A stretch of DNA of 64,000 nt, from assembly GCF_021028975.2 (NCBI RefSeq), contig NC_059427.1:102300001-102364000 (forward strand), written 5' to 3'. Origin of the DNA: Sphaerodactylus townsendi (taxonomy: Eukaryota). Both the position numbers and the translations under genes were made by a program. Of this stretch, positions 12,261-25,703 are shown piece after piece (positions within the stretch are counted from its first letter, which is position 1; the number at the start of each line of letters is the position of its first letter). The notes under the pieces were generated by a model, which saw only the letters and a list, made by a program, of their open reading frames with translations, was not told the origin of the DNA and did not search any database.

Positions 12261-14669
12261 CATATTGCAGTATATAACACTGAGAAATTTGACAAAATTT
12301 GTCTCACAGAGAAAAGGGGTGCTGTATGGGGATCCTTTAACTGTTTCTTCTTTCCCTTTCCCCCTTTAAAACTTGTTTTTCACCAAAGTTGAAAAATTAT
12401 TTATTTATTTAGGTTGAGGCCCTCTGAATATCCCTCTAACAAGTTATTTTCAGAGGAACTATCATGATCAGCCCCGTTTTATCCTGCCATATTTCATCTT
12501 CCACCCGGGACCTGGGCACCTGCTTATGTTCAGACTTTCTGTTCAGACCCCCCCTCCCCCTCTTTTTCCTTTTCTCAGATGCATTATTAGCTTGTTAGCC
12601 ACCCGCTATTGGAGCTCTCTCAGTAGTGTGGAAATAATTTATATGCCATTAAAGGTTAAAATGAAATGAAAGTAGTGTGGAATGTAGGTTGTTTTGACCC
12701 CAATGGGGGAAGGTGGTTTCTTCTTTCAGCGGACCATGGGACTGGACAAATGCCCCCTCCCCTTGGAAACTGATGGGCAGGGTGGGGTGATAAGATGTGG
12801 GGGTGACATAGGGTATAATGGTGGTTGAAATATTGACTATACTTAGTTCTGGCAATGCTTATCTCCTGATGCTGTTTCAAATAAAGAAATCAACTGAAAC
12901 CAGAGTCTTACCAATGAAAGTCCAGGGGGTACAACAGGAATGTAATGTCCTCTGGGGGTTGTATTGACAGAAGCCATCCCACAGATATTAGGACCCCAGA
13001 CTGATCAGGGGTTTAAAGGTTAACACCAACACCTTGAATCTGATCCGGAATTCAACTGGTAATTAGTACAACTTGTGAATCACTGAAGCAGTGTAAACTC
13101 ACTGGGGGCCGTGTGAGCACCCTTGCAGCTGCATTCTGTACCAGCCGTAGTTTCTGGAGCAACTTGAAGGGAAGCACAACACAGAGCAAATTACAGGAAT
13201 CCAGTCTGGAGGTGACTGTTGCATAGATCACTATGGCTAGGTTGGGATGGGACAAGTAGGCAGGCAGCTGCTTTACTTGGTGAAGATGGTAAAAAATTCA
13301 ATTTGGCTGTCTGTGGGTCTTGGGCCTCCATAGACAAGGCATCCTAGGTCACATCCAGTTTCAATACAGGTGAAGGTGCCAATGACACTCCGTCCAGTCT
13401 CCAGAGCCAGTCTTCTGCCACCAGTCCTCTTCGACCCAGTTATAGAACCTCCTCCTTTGAAGGATTTAATTTCAGCCTGCTCTAGTGCAACCATTTTACA
13501 ACAACCTTCATGGACATGGCCAGATATTCCAGGACAGCTTCTGGCTGGCCACCCATCAAAAGATATAACTAGGTGTCTTCAGCATACTTATGACAGACTA
13601 GCTCAGAACTCCAGACCAGCTGTGCAAGGCATTGCATGTAGAGGTTAAATAACACTGGGACAAGGATTGCTTCCTGCGGCACCCCACCATCAACAGGGCA
13701 CCAAGAAGACAGTCCCCCCTCCAACCTAATGACATCCTTTATTCTGGAGGAATGAGGTTTTGGAGGACAAAGGTCAGCCATCCCCAATGGTCTCTCTGCC
13801 CCTGCCAAAGCCCAGATGCTTGGTATACTAGAGAGTTGAGAAAATGGTGATGAGATGGGTCAAAATGTCATCATCAACCACATCAAATGCTGCTGTGAGA
13901 TTGAGTAACAACAGCAGCCCTAATTCGCCTCATCTAGCTAGTGCCTGAGCCGATCTGTGAGAGTGGCCAGGTCAGAAGTCAGACTGAAATGGGTCCAATC
14001 CTGAAGTCTCATCCAAGAATACTTGGAGATGTATTGTCACTGCTCTTTCAACTATCTTTCCCAAAGACAACACATTTGAAACTGAGTGGTAGTTGGTCAG
14101 ATCCAAAAAAATTGCAGATTGTTTCTCCAGGAGTGGTTTCACTACTGCCTCCTTCAGTGCCCACCCATCCCCAGAAAAGTCCCTGTCTCTAAGGACAAGC
14201 TGAGAGTCTCCCATAGGAACTGCCATATCCCATCACCACTGGTCTTAATCAGTCATGGGGGGAAGGGATCCAGGAGGCAAGCGGTTGGCTTCACAGCTGC
14301 CAGGGGCTTGTCCATCTTGGTTTGAGAGATCAGACTGAATTTGCCTAATATAGTACCTTAAGAAAGCCAAGGGGCCTCCAGTTTACATACTGTATCAATA
14401 GTGATGGGGAGGTCCTGGTAGAGCATCAAGATTTTGTCTGCAAAAAGTGTGCAAAAGTCTCACAGCCAAATCACAAATTGCTTATCTTTTTAGATCCCTT
14501 GGAGAGGGACATGAGAGACTGAATTACCCTAAACAATTGGGTCAGGCAAGAACTAGCAGGGGATTTCATAAACATCCTAAAATATGTTCTTATAGCCTTG
14601 TCATGAGCTCAATGCCAAATTTGCTCTAAATGTCTCAGCTCCTGTTTAATCATCCTCAACTGTCTAGTA

Positions 14670-14815
14670 CAGTGGTGGCGAACCTTTGGCACTCCAGATG
14701 TTATGGACTACAATTCCCATCAGCCCCTGCCAGCATGGCCAATTGGCCATGTTGGAAGGGGCTGATGGGAATTGTAGTCCATAACATCTGGAGTGCCAAA
14801 GGTTCGCCACCACGG
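14670..14815. mobile_element. Palindromic hAT MITE
   Basis: Near-perfect 146-bp palindrome CAGTGGTGGCGAACC...GGTTCGCCACCACGG; perfect 8-bp TSD gtctagta (14662-14669, 14816-14823). Confidence 0.9.
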
Positions 14816-14964
14816 GTCTAGTATATCAAACAGCTGGGCTCATACAGGGTAGAGAGGCCACTGGGGAGCAATCTCATCAATGGCTCTGGAGAGGCAGCAA
14901 TGCCACTCTTCCACCAGATCATCTAACAAGGTGGTTAAGCCATTGAATCTCATAGAGCGTTCTG

Positions 14965-15247
14965 GAAGAAGAGAAGAATTTGGATTTATACCCTCCTTTC
15001 TCACCCACAAGGAAACTCAAAGGGACTTACAAACTCCTTTTCCCTTCCTCTCCCCACAACAGACACTTTGTGAGGTAGGCGGGGCTAAGAGAGTTCTGAA
15101 GAAGTCCAAGGTCACCCAGCTGGAATGGAGGAATAAGGAAACAAATCTGGTTCACCAGATAAAATGCTGCCATTCAGGTGGAAGAGTGGGGAATCAAACC
15201 TGGTTCTCAAGATTAGAGTCCATCTTCTCTTAACCACTACACCATGC
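14965..15247 (-). mobile_element. tRNA-derived SINE (Squam3-like)
   Basis: Colinear homology to 1281-1633; A box TGGTGTAGTGG and B box GGTTTGATTCC on minus strand. Confidence 0.8.
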
Positions 15248-16079
15248 CAATTGGATCCATGAGTCTTTATGGGTGAGACCTCTTGATGGTATTCCCATTT
15301 GATATTTGTCAGTATAACAATATTATTTTTAATAATATAATGCAACAATACATCGTTGCCTTCAATCTAAGGGCTGACATGAGTGTTAAAAGGCAGCTTG
15401 GGAATTCTGGGGTTTTACCAAGCCAAACTGTCTTGTCATTAACCCATAAATCCAAACCAGGTCTGTTTATATGCTGCTTCTTTGTCTTGTTCTGGAAGAC
15501 ATAGTCTACACACAGTTAAAAATGGGCTTAGGGCCAGTTTCAGTTACGGGAACTGATGAGGAACATAATGGCAAGTTTACATGGAACCAATGATAGTCTT
15601 TGATTATTCTAAAAGGGTATAATTTCATGTCACTTTAGTAAAATCAGCTCATAGTTACATAGACATTATGTTAGTTTAGGTAATCTAGTTCTAGGACGGT
15701 GCAAAATTTTTGATATCTCAGTAATAGGAATGTGACACTGGAACTATGTTGTGTTACTGAGCGCTACAAAAGGCAATGCAGCAGCTGTTACTTAATCACA
15801 TTTTCCAAGACGTGGCTCCATGCATATATAAACTTGATTGGGAGTAAGTCCCACTGAACTTAGTGGGATTTACTTCTATGTAAACATGCAGAGAGCTAGA
15901 TTGTACAGCTGTTGTAATGTGCACAATTAAATTACCATCCAGATTCATATTTTGCTGATACATGTTGAACTAGGGGTGTTTTTTCAGGTTGTTAACTATG
16001 ATTTCAGGAATGGTAAATGGGAATGATTCTTGGACATTACAACCAACTTCCCTTTCCTTGTGTCCCCCCCCACCCCAGT

Positions 16080-16083
<4 letters not shown>

Positions 16084-16118
<35 letters not shown>
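16084..16118. repeat. (TG)n microsatellite
   Basis: ~17 TG units. Confidence 0.95.
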
Positions 16119-16121
<3 letters not shown>

Positions 16122-17409
16122 GTGTCATCATCTTACTGTCATAATCATCAGTATTTCTTTGATTCTCCTGCTTTCCTGGGTAATTGCATTTCTTCCTTGC
16201 AACTGGATCCTTGCAAAGGATTAGGGGTATTCACAGCCAATCACCAGCGGAAACAAGCCCCAGAGAAAGACTTTTTACAGCCAACAGCTGCTTTGAGCTA
16301 GAATTTTTTTGGCCTGCAGCTGCTGCTCTAAGCTAGATGACATTTTCTAAGGATGAGAGATCCCACCTACCAGAAAATCTTTAAACAGTAGAAGTAAATA
16401 AAATACCTCTGCAGTGGAAGCCCAGCATGAAGTCGTGTTTTACAGTAACTAGATGATTCATTACAAACACACATATGTACTCTTTGTATGTGTGTGTGTA
16501 TAGAATCTGAAATATTTTCAAAGATGTAGTCATGGGGCAGATTTAGTGATGGGGTGGTCTGCAAAGAATGTGAAAGGAGGCAACAGACTACAAGGAAAGA
16601 TGGCAAATGCAGAGTATTCAGAGGAAACTTTTTTAAAAAAATTACTGTCACTGTAAAAGTGCATAAAAAACCCAGATGCAGACAAGTTTAAAAAAAAAAC
16701 ACGCAGCAGCCAGCATTCTCCTGCCAGGTCATCACCATGCCCCCTTCCCATAGGAAACAGTGGAGAGGAAGTCTACTTCAGAGGTCTGTCAAATTGAACC
16801 CCTTGCCCCTTCTGCTTGAAATCTATTGAATTTTGAGAATGAAGGAAAAATTATGTTCTGCACAAATTTGATACAATTCTCTTTTTAAAAAGCTGCACCA
16901 GATCCTTTGCTTTTTCTTTGACAAGAATGGTCTCAAAATTCCAGAAACTGAAAAAATGAAAACAAAACAAAACATGGATTTGAATCCCAAATTGGTACTT
17001 TCCAACCTGAAAATCAAGAACATATGGTAAAGATGTTCCTCCTGAAACCCAGATGTGAAATTTTAACAAAAATTTCTCATAACAGGCCTGTGTTGATCTA
17101 ATAAATCTTAAATAAGTGTCTGATTCCTGCACTTGTTACTCAAAAGTTGTTCAAAGTAGACCAGGTATTATTTTAATTAATATTTACATGTTGGCATTTC
17201 AATAGTTTGAACACCTATTTATTAGTGCTTCATGTAAAATAAATACAAGGACCAGATGGAATCATCTCATTTCCCACTCTGCCACCATTTTCACTTCTGC
17301 TTTTCTGAAAGCCCCCATAACTTTGCCTCTTTTCCTGCTTCCTTTATTTCTTCCAGGGTTGCCAACCACCTAGTGGGGCATAGAGATCTCTGGGAATCAC
17401 AACAGATCT

Positions 17410-17643
17410 GCAAAAAATATGCTGCATTGGCCTTACACCCTGTCACAGCTATGAACATTCTAAGCTTATAGGCTTAGTTACTTTGCACTGACTTTCAAAC
17501 ATGTAACTGACTTTCAGTAACTGACTTTCTAACAAGCTTGTATGTATATAGGTGATGATGTCTTGCCTTGGAGGTAGATAATTTTTCTGGTTCCTAAATA
17601 TATAAATATATTTGTATATTTATATTTGTAAGTATACTCTCTG

Positions 17644-17674
<31 letters not shown>

Positions 17675-18215
17675 GTATTAGCTTATTATAATTATTTTGA
17701 CTATGTTGTGGGATTGTTTCTTTGTTCATATTACCTACTATTATTATTATTATGATAAAATGATTGTGCCTAAAGTGGCTGAAGACATAACAGTCAAAAG
17801 TACTGTTTTTTCCCTGGGTCAATTACTTTCAAATTCTATTGACCACCAGCCAAGGATTTCTCTATCAACATCTTGATGTCTGGTCATTCATCTATGAATA
17901 CATGAAACTCGGAAGTTGAGTATTTAAAGGCATCAGACATTGGTATCCTTCACTTCTACACCATTAGTGGATCTCTTTCAAAGTGATAACTATTACAGAG
18001 ACTTGATATTATTGTATTTGGGATCCCCTATGTGTGTACTATTCATTGTTTTATTGTTGTTATTTATAATATGTATACTTCTGTTTGTTGATTAAGAGTT
18101 GTGGTTCTGTTATATAAATGTTTTAATTATTTTCATTAAAAACAGAGTTTTAAAGTTCGCACTAGAGCCAGACAGGTTCTTTTCCCTTCTGTAAAATAAA
18201 ATAAAATAAAATAAA
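17410..18215 (+). mobile_element. Retroposed insert with (TAAAA)n tail and 15-bp TSD
   Basis: aatcacaacagatct at 17395-17409 and 18216-18230; A-rich tail 18192-18215; splits a cagggttgccaa-type (hAT-like) repeat. Confidence 0.6.
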
Positions 18216-18929
18216 AATCACAACAGATCTCCCAACTACAGGAATCAGTTCTCCCTTATAGTTGGCAGTTGGGAAATGTCTGACAAATTGAGGGTGAAGC
18301 ATTCAGGGTGATGTTCAGAGAGGAAGTGACCTCAGGAGGCCATAATGCCATACAGTCCACCCTCCAGAACAGCCATTTTCTCCAGGGGAATTAACCCCTG
18401 CCATCTAGAAAGCAGTCAGGCTTCCAATGAAAGATCTGTGGGGAGCTGATATCTTTGTAAGCTCTCTGGAAAAGCTAGCTGGAAGGCAGTTTTCACTTGA
18501 GCAAATCACTCTGGAGTAAAGAGAGATTGCAAGATAACCCACTGTGATGGACCTAAGGAAACGGCAGAGGCAGAAAAGCCGGAATGTAAAATCTTAATCC
18601 CTCATAGAGCCTGATTGTGTGAGTGGCAGGTTGGGAGTGGGTGGAGTTTTAGGAGGAGTTAGAGCTTCCAAGAAGATTTGAAAGAGTTCATCTCTGAATT
18701 GCATAAACAAGAGATGTGATTAGTGTCTATGAAAGACCTGTGGTGTTGGCAGGATGAAAGCAGCAGGAGATAAACAGTCCCTACACTAGTCTAGAAGGGG
18801 AATTTACTTCTAGGTAGAGTAGAATTCCTGGCCCAGGTTCTAAGAGCACACCCATGTTTGTCTTCTGGACAGAGTGGGTAAAAGTGAGGGAACTGAATTA
18901 GGAAAAGTTTGTGTCAGACAGGGACCATG

Positions 18930-19670
18930 TTTAACATGGAATATAAATGGAGCCAGTGCTCCATAAAAGAGAAGGAAAATATTTCATTATTTGGAAAAAT
19001 TAAAACAAGATATAATCTGTCTACAAAAGACTCACAATAGAAAAAGAGGATATAAAATATCTGTCTCATAAATTTCTGGGTGAAGATTTTATTCATCTAT
19101 TGGTAAAAGAAAAATGGTGTGGGTGTTGTATATTAAATCACATTTAGAGCCCAAATTGGTATTGACATTTAGAGCCCAAATTGGTATTGGTACCAATTTG
19201 GGCTCTAAATGTGATTTAATATACAAATGTGATTTTATATACAAGATGATGCTAGATCTGGGGGGGATAGAAGTTAATCTACTTGGGACTGAAACTACAA
19301 TGCTGGGAATTTATGCTCCAAATGAGGACAAATGGACAATTTATAAACATCTTATTGGTAGTCTCATAGATTTTCCATATGAAAGCTAGTGCCTGTTGGG
19401 AGACTGGAATGGAGTGGTATCACCTCAAATGTATAGATTCTCTGAAAATAAGATTAAACACACACACAGAAACCTTTTTTGATTTGATGGGCATCTAGAC
19501 TTTACTTGATAAATGGAGGCAGAAAAATGGAAGCTTAAGAAAGTATACCTATTTTTTTAAAGATGCAGATCTTTTTCAAGAATAGACATGATCTGGATTT
19601 CTAGAGGCATAGCTACTAAGGTAGATAAGGTAGAAATTTTACCAAAGACCTTTTTTTCAGATCATAATTT
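18930..19670 (+). mobile_element. L1/Tx1-clade ORF2 endonuclease fragment (decayed)
   Basis: APE motifs TWNING...DIICLQKTH, GIYAPN, LGDWNG, FSRIDMIW, SDHN with stops and frameshifts. Confidence 0.8.
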
Positions 19671-22600
19671 AGATGAAATCTGCACTGCCAATCAAATCTT
19701 CAGTTGTCAAACAAAAGCCTTGCTGGGCTAAAGTCCTACCTGCTGCCACCCACTTCCTAAAAATAGGTGCCAGAAAAGATGTTGCTGCTGCCCACAGTCA
19801 CAATTTTGGCCACCCCTGGTACATACATCACATGCTATGACATTCTGTAGATTTCCATTTATTGCCTGCTTTAAAAATATTTCTATACAGAGGGGAACTT
19901 TAGTTTATGAGTTTTTTTATCTATTGAAAGGAATGTTCTTGTGGAGTAGAGGATATATGATTAAGGCAAAGGTGTGCTTAGCTGCTACTGGATGGAATAC
20001 TGCCTGGCCTCCTTCTGTTGTTGTTGTTGTGTTTTTCTGTCTAACTTTTTAAAAAAATATAAGTACTGGATGGAATATGGTGTGGGAAACTTGAGCTAGG
20101 CAGCATACAGAGACTGTTCTAGTGGCTTCGGTCAGGGACAAACCTGGTACAGACTAATAAGGGTATCAGCAATCAAAGCATTTGCCTGCTACTGTTACAG
20201 AGGGAGGGAGACAGCAAGCAAGTTACATGTGTGCTGATACACACCTTGGTGCACTGTGGAAGGAGGGGTATTTTAAATACAAGAAATCAAAACCTTCCCC
20301 TGTCGAATTAACCATGTCTACTTCAGCGGAATTAACCATGAAACTGCCTTCCCTGAACCTCTTTGTTAATAAGCGCTGGATACTTGCTGAAATCGCAGCA
20401 ATAAGGTTTAAATGCTCAATCCACAGAGATCATCTTTAACCTCAATGCTTGACAAAGCAACGTGGGGCAGTATCTGAGAACTTTAAGTATGTGTATAGGC
20501 ATTTTGTAAAACATAGATGTTTTTTGAGTCACTGTTCAATTAACATAATAAAGCTGATAGTTTGACTGAAAATATGGAACTCTCGTGGAAAGAAATAGAA
20601 TAATATAATTCAGTCATAGACAGAAATATGTAAGTATTCATAGAAATAATAATATTAATAATGTTAAATGGGACTGAAGAAAGGAAGGTACCTTCATTTT
20701 GTGTGCTGCCCATTTACCATTACTTCTGTCATTATGTAGTGACAGCTAGTGTGTATGTGTGTGTGAGTGAGAGATGACTGTCAGCTTAGAGATTGCTGAA
20801 GGATGAATGCTATAAACAACAGTAGTAAAAAAAAGGAAGATACCAGGTCCCCTTGCAATTTATGTATTGCTTCCTTGTTAAACCCTGTTCTTAGAGACCA
20901 TAAAAAGAAATACACCATAGGAATGAAAGTCATCTGATAGTTTGAAGTGTGCTTATATGTAGAAGGTGGTTGGGGAAAATAAATACAAAAACCTTTTTCA
21001 AATCTGAGTCAGTGATTTTTCTTTCCCAGGCCTGTACTGCGTGAATGGAATGGAATGAATTTTCAAAGAAATGCAAGACAGATACGCCCACAAATCCCAT
21101 TAGCAGTAATGGGATTTGTGCGCCTATCACCCATGCAATACTTTGAAAATTTACCCCTCCGTGTCCAATTTCAGTCTTTCTGCTTCCAAAATACTTGAAA
21201 AGCTTACACACACTTGGAATTATATTACAGGGTTTTTTTTTTCTTTAAATCACAAGATCTGGCTTCAAATTTCCTGAAGCACCACCAAAAGCATGTTTAA
21301 ACAGAGCTGGAATAATAGTAACAACCTGTATTATCATTAGTTTTCTATCTACCATTCTGACAGCAATGAGTACAAACTTCTGTTTTATTCTCTTTTTGTA
21401 TTTCCTCCCTTCAGTCCTCCTCACAGAAATGTTTTGATTTTGTGCCACTTCCCAAATGCAATTTTTGTCACAAGAATGATAACAGCACTGCATGCTGCAT
21501 TCAGAATTTGAAACCTCATGACAAAGGCTTTGCAAGAGGAACATAATGCAGCACACCATTCATCCATTCTCATGACAGACCCTAGATTGTACAGAGAGCA
21601 GAAAATTGGCACAAGATTCATCAACTCCTGAAACTATATACACAGAAGCTGCTTTTGTGGCAAGCTTAAGATTCCAAATGCCACCTTCTTTGCAAAGATT
21701 GTTCTTTAGTTACAGGACCCAGATGAGTGTACAAAACAAGCACAACAATTTGTATATCACACGGAGGACAAAGACATGTCACTGTTTTCTACTTTACATT
21801 TGTTCCCTGCTGAAGATTGTACTGTGCACCAGTGCTGCATGTGCCACAGCTCAGCATTTGGCACAATTTTAGTCATTACAAAATTTCAAAAAATCAACCA
21901 TGCTGATAGGATTTATTTTCATGTATACCTCACTGTACCTCAATGTCCAAGAAAATAGCTTATGGCAAAAACAGTTAAACAAATATTAAACTGGGTCACT
22001 AAATGCTAACCCAAAATTAATTACCACTGACAAAGCAGAACTGACATAAAAACAATAGTGCTACTATAATTTTTTGGGTTGTATATGCTGAAGAATAATC
22101 ATTATTGTACAGAATAATCAAAACCTCAGTGTGCCAAGTCACTGTACCAAAACAGTAGCTGGTATTGCAGCCTCCAGAGAACTGGGTAGTTATAGCTGGA
22201 TGCTAGCAGCTCTGTAGTGGCATGGACTCCCATTGTGCTCTTGCAAATCTCAATATCTTAATGTCTGGACAAAAGCAAAATTCTGTACTCAAAAGCCCAG
22301 ATGCTATATAGCTGATGTTTGGGAAAATAAAGATTCTAGTTTCTCTCTTTTGCTCCTACAGCTATACAATTTTGTAGCTGTAGTTAGGACAAGTTTAAAA
22401 TGTATCTCAAAAGCAGAAGAAACAGCTATACTTTTACCTGACAGTTTTCTCTGACTGTTCTCAGCAGGAATGAAATTGGTCAGGAAGCAGGAAAAGTAGA
22501 ATAGTAAAAGAGTTATTTTTAGGAAAACATTGTAGGAAGATCTAAAGGAAGACCTTTATGAGATGTGCATTTGCAATCAAGATGAATTTGGAACCACTGT

Positions 22601-23599
22601 AGCATACCCAAAGCTGGATTAAACATTAGACTAAGCATGTAGTAAAACAGGCTTCCTGCTGCTGTGTAATTATGTGAGAAAGTCTGTGGGTGAAGAATGG
22701 AGCATGCCTACTCTGTGCCAAGCTCCCTTAAAGAGCTCCACAGTTCAAAATGGTAGTTACACTGTTATCTTGAGAAGCATAATAACCAAATTGTCAATTA
22801 CAGGGATTTTATTATGTTGGTGGCCATCTACACCTTGAGAGACAGGTGTGGATTCCACATGGTAAAAATATAATAGGTTGATGCCAGGAAATAGTCCAGT
22901 TTGGGAAAGAACTTTGCATGGGTCCCTCCCCCAAAGCGGGATTGACCCATCATACTTCCCTTAATTTGGGTTTTTCAAAAAATGCCAAAATTGTTTTTGA
23001 AATGTTTTTGAAATTGTTTCAAAATGTTTTTGAAAAATCCCGGGTTGAACGGGCTACTGAGGGAATGGCATGGGCACCTAACCGCTTTAGTTTCCCCGCC
23101 CTGCTGCCTGTTCTCCCACCTTACGTCATGTCAGTTTTGTTTCTGTTGAGCTACCAACTGGTGTGATAGCATGCCATTTCAGAAATGCCCCCCAAGCACG
23201 TTCTCTCCCCTTGGCAGTGACTGTGAGCCCCATTTCACCCAATGGGTACAGCAACAGATTCACAACAAATGGGGTCATTGCGAGCACCTTTGGATGTGGA
23301 TGGGACATACTGCTTTGCTCTTTTTTGGACAGATTTTATCATTTTGTATATCACAATGTTGGGGGGGGGTGCATGCTTCAAGTTTACTTAAACTTTTTCC
23401 CCATGCTGTAGAAATGGGAGAGGGAGGTCCTGCTTGGGCTCCTAGGGTTGGGCTCCCTTAGCAGAGGTTGAGAGTGAGTGGAAGGGGGACTGTGGTGATG
23501 GAACAGCCAATCAAAACACAGGAAAAATGGGATGTCTGCATCTGGGCCTTTGCATTGTAAAAAAATAGCGGGTTCATGTGAAGGGGCAGAAAGAAAATA

Positions 23600-23784
23600 G
23601 ATTGGAGTGTTGTGGGGTTTCTGGGCTATATGGCCAGGTTCCAGTACATCCAGAATATCCTCTGAAGATGCCAGCCACAGATGCAGGCGAAACATCAGGA
23701 GAAAATGCTACTGGAACACGGCCATACAGCTCAGAAACCCCACAACACCCCAGTGATTCCGGCCGTTAAAGTCTTTGACAATAC
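23600..23784 (+). mobile_element. Fold-back Penelope-derived mini-element with 9-bp TSD
   Basis: Inverted 5' arm 23603-23646 complementary to ~23709-23752; TSD aagaaaata at 23591-23599 and 23785-23793. Confidence 0.75.
23658..23700 (+). ncRNA. Hammerhead ribozyme motif (best-preserved copy)
   Basis: tcct-CTGAAGA-t-gccagc[cacagat]gcaggc-GAAA-c-ATC-agga: core boxes and stem II G-C pair intact; stem I tcct/agga. Confidence 0.65.
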
Positions 23785-24322
23785 AAGAAAATAAGACTGT
23801 TTCCTTCACAAAAAAGTGGCACCCATGCGAAGGACAAAAATGGAATAAAATAGACCCAGATTAAAAAATAACAGATGTAACCCGTTATTGTTATGCTGTG
23901 CAGAATCCACCAGAATGACTACAAATATTCCATTACAGAATTTTCTGATAGTGGGAGCTAATCTTAGGGATGCATATACTCTCTCCTTTACTGTCTTGTC
24001 CTGGACTTCTCTGGAGCAAATTCTCACCTACTGTGCCTAGCCAGAGTTTCCCCATGGTTAATGTTAGGATTATATGGCATCAATATAGACAATGGCACCA
24101 TTGTAACCAAGAACATTATTTTGTAACCATGGTTACAATGGGTTGCAGTAAGTGCTAAGTAACTATGGAAAGCTTCAACACATACTCAACTCTAAACCAC
24201 TGTCATTTCCAAGCACTCGTTAACACAGTTGAGATCAGTACCATCATGAATGAGAAAAGGGTGCTGAAGCCTTCTTCACCATATTACTTTCTCAGTCTAA
24301 AACAGCTCCAGAGGGAAACCAG

Positions 24323-24832
24323 GCAGTCCAATACGTCTTTTTTTCGGGGGGTGGGGTGGGGGGTAGTTGTGCAACACCCAGGGACAGTACCACTGTGGTG
24401 CTGCTGCACCACTTCCAAAGAGGTTTCACCAGGACAGCAAGCACAAAATCTGCAACAATTTTTTTAAAAAAACCAGCTGCTTTGCAAACCTCTATGAAGT
24501 TCAGTGGACTGCACCTGCCTTTTTGACAACATATGTCTATGCCATCAACACGGGACATCCCTGAGCATCAACACGGGACACCCACTAGAAGCTGACTAAA
24601 GTTGACTCCACCCACAGGAATGGCCCCCAGATGCCCTGATGTTGGCGTGGGATTCTGTGCTAAAGAAACACTGGCCTGGAAGCTTGGATGGCATCTAGGC
24701 ACCGTGCTGCCATGCAGTAGGGTGTAACTGGCCCTGTGGCGGCTTAGATGGCACTTTTGCCGGCATTAGGTGGCATTGACGTTGCCGTGATCATGCTGGA
24801 TCCAAAGCCCTTTCTGCCCTCCCTTGGACTGC
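24323..24832. mobile_element. Old MITE (gcagtccaa-type TIR)
   Basis: gcagtccaa ... ttggactgc termini; same TIR family as 31894-32324. Confidence 0.4.
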
Positions 24833-25703
24833 ACAGTAAGTGTATCCAGTCAAAGCATGTGGAAGAATCAGCACTTTTCTAGGCAGTTTAAGGTTGTGAA
24901 AATGGTATGGAAGGAAGGCTTAAGCCCCTCTATTTGTGTGCTGTGGTTTTGATCTGAATTAGGCTCATTCTTGCTTTGGATTATGTACCCAATAGAACTC
25001 ACAACAAATGTTTTATTGTACACATCTGAAGAGGGCCAGGAAGAGGAAGTGATATATATTTAGGCCTCTGCATAGTTTCTTTTTCAGTCTCATGCCATGT
25101 TAAAGCAAGGGTAGGAACAATATAGCAATGGTATTGGAAACAGAAATCCATTTGTGTGTCTGGTGCTACCAATACTGTCAAAACAGGAAAAAAATAAAAG
25201 AAACAAAAAGGTCCTCTTCTCTGTTTTGTTTTTTATAGGACAGAAATATACAAAAATTAGGAAGGAACTGTTGACATGAAAAACATACTTTCACCAAATT
25301 ATACTCATATTTAGCCAGAAGTATTTTACAGTAACTTTGTAAACATAGATACCTCTTTAAAACCTTTGAAGTTAATCATCATAAAACCTTTTAAGTCTGT
25401 GAACCATTTGTATGGCATTAATTAAACTAGGAGTTAAGCACAGACAACTTTTCTATTGAAATCCAGAGGATTAATTATGTAGACATATTCAAAGTTGCCT
25501 TTTCCTTAATAACGGGGACATACATGGGGAAGGGAAAAGGGTACGGTGCAACAAAATGCTTATAATAATGGAAGAAAAGAAGTATGATATCAGAACTGGA
25601 GAAGGAGCAGAAAAGGAATACTATTGGGTACTTTTCACTCATCCTGGATGAAAGCAGAGTAGGAAAGAGAAGAAAAGGAATGGCATTTTCCTTGGGACCC
25701 TAA

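Larger units (their letters stand above)
12900..15280 (-). mobile_element. Decayed L2 LINE ORF2 fragment, interrupted by a MITE and a SINE
   Basis: Minus-strand peptides VTSRLDSCNLL...LVQNAAARVLT, GVPQEAILVPVLFNLYM...HKYAEDT, LKEAVVKPLLEK...NYHSVSN...LDPFQSDF. Confidence 0.8.
22847..23911. mobile_element. Old Harbinger-like MITE hosting a Penelope insert
   Basis: Degenerate TIRs gtggattccaca / tgcagaatccac. Confidence 0.45.

Noticed and set aside
21415-21546. Plus-strand terminal coding exon (Cys-rich SSSQKCFDF...)
   Set aside because: Good acceptor but unrecognised peptide and no supporting upstream exons
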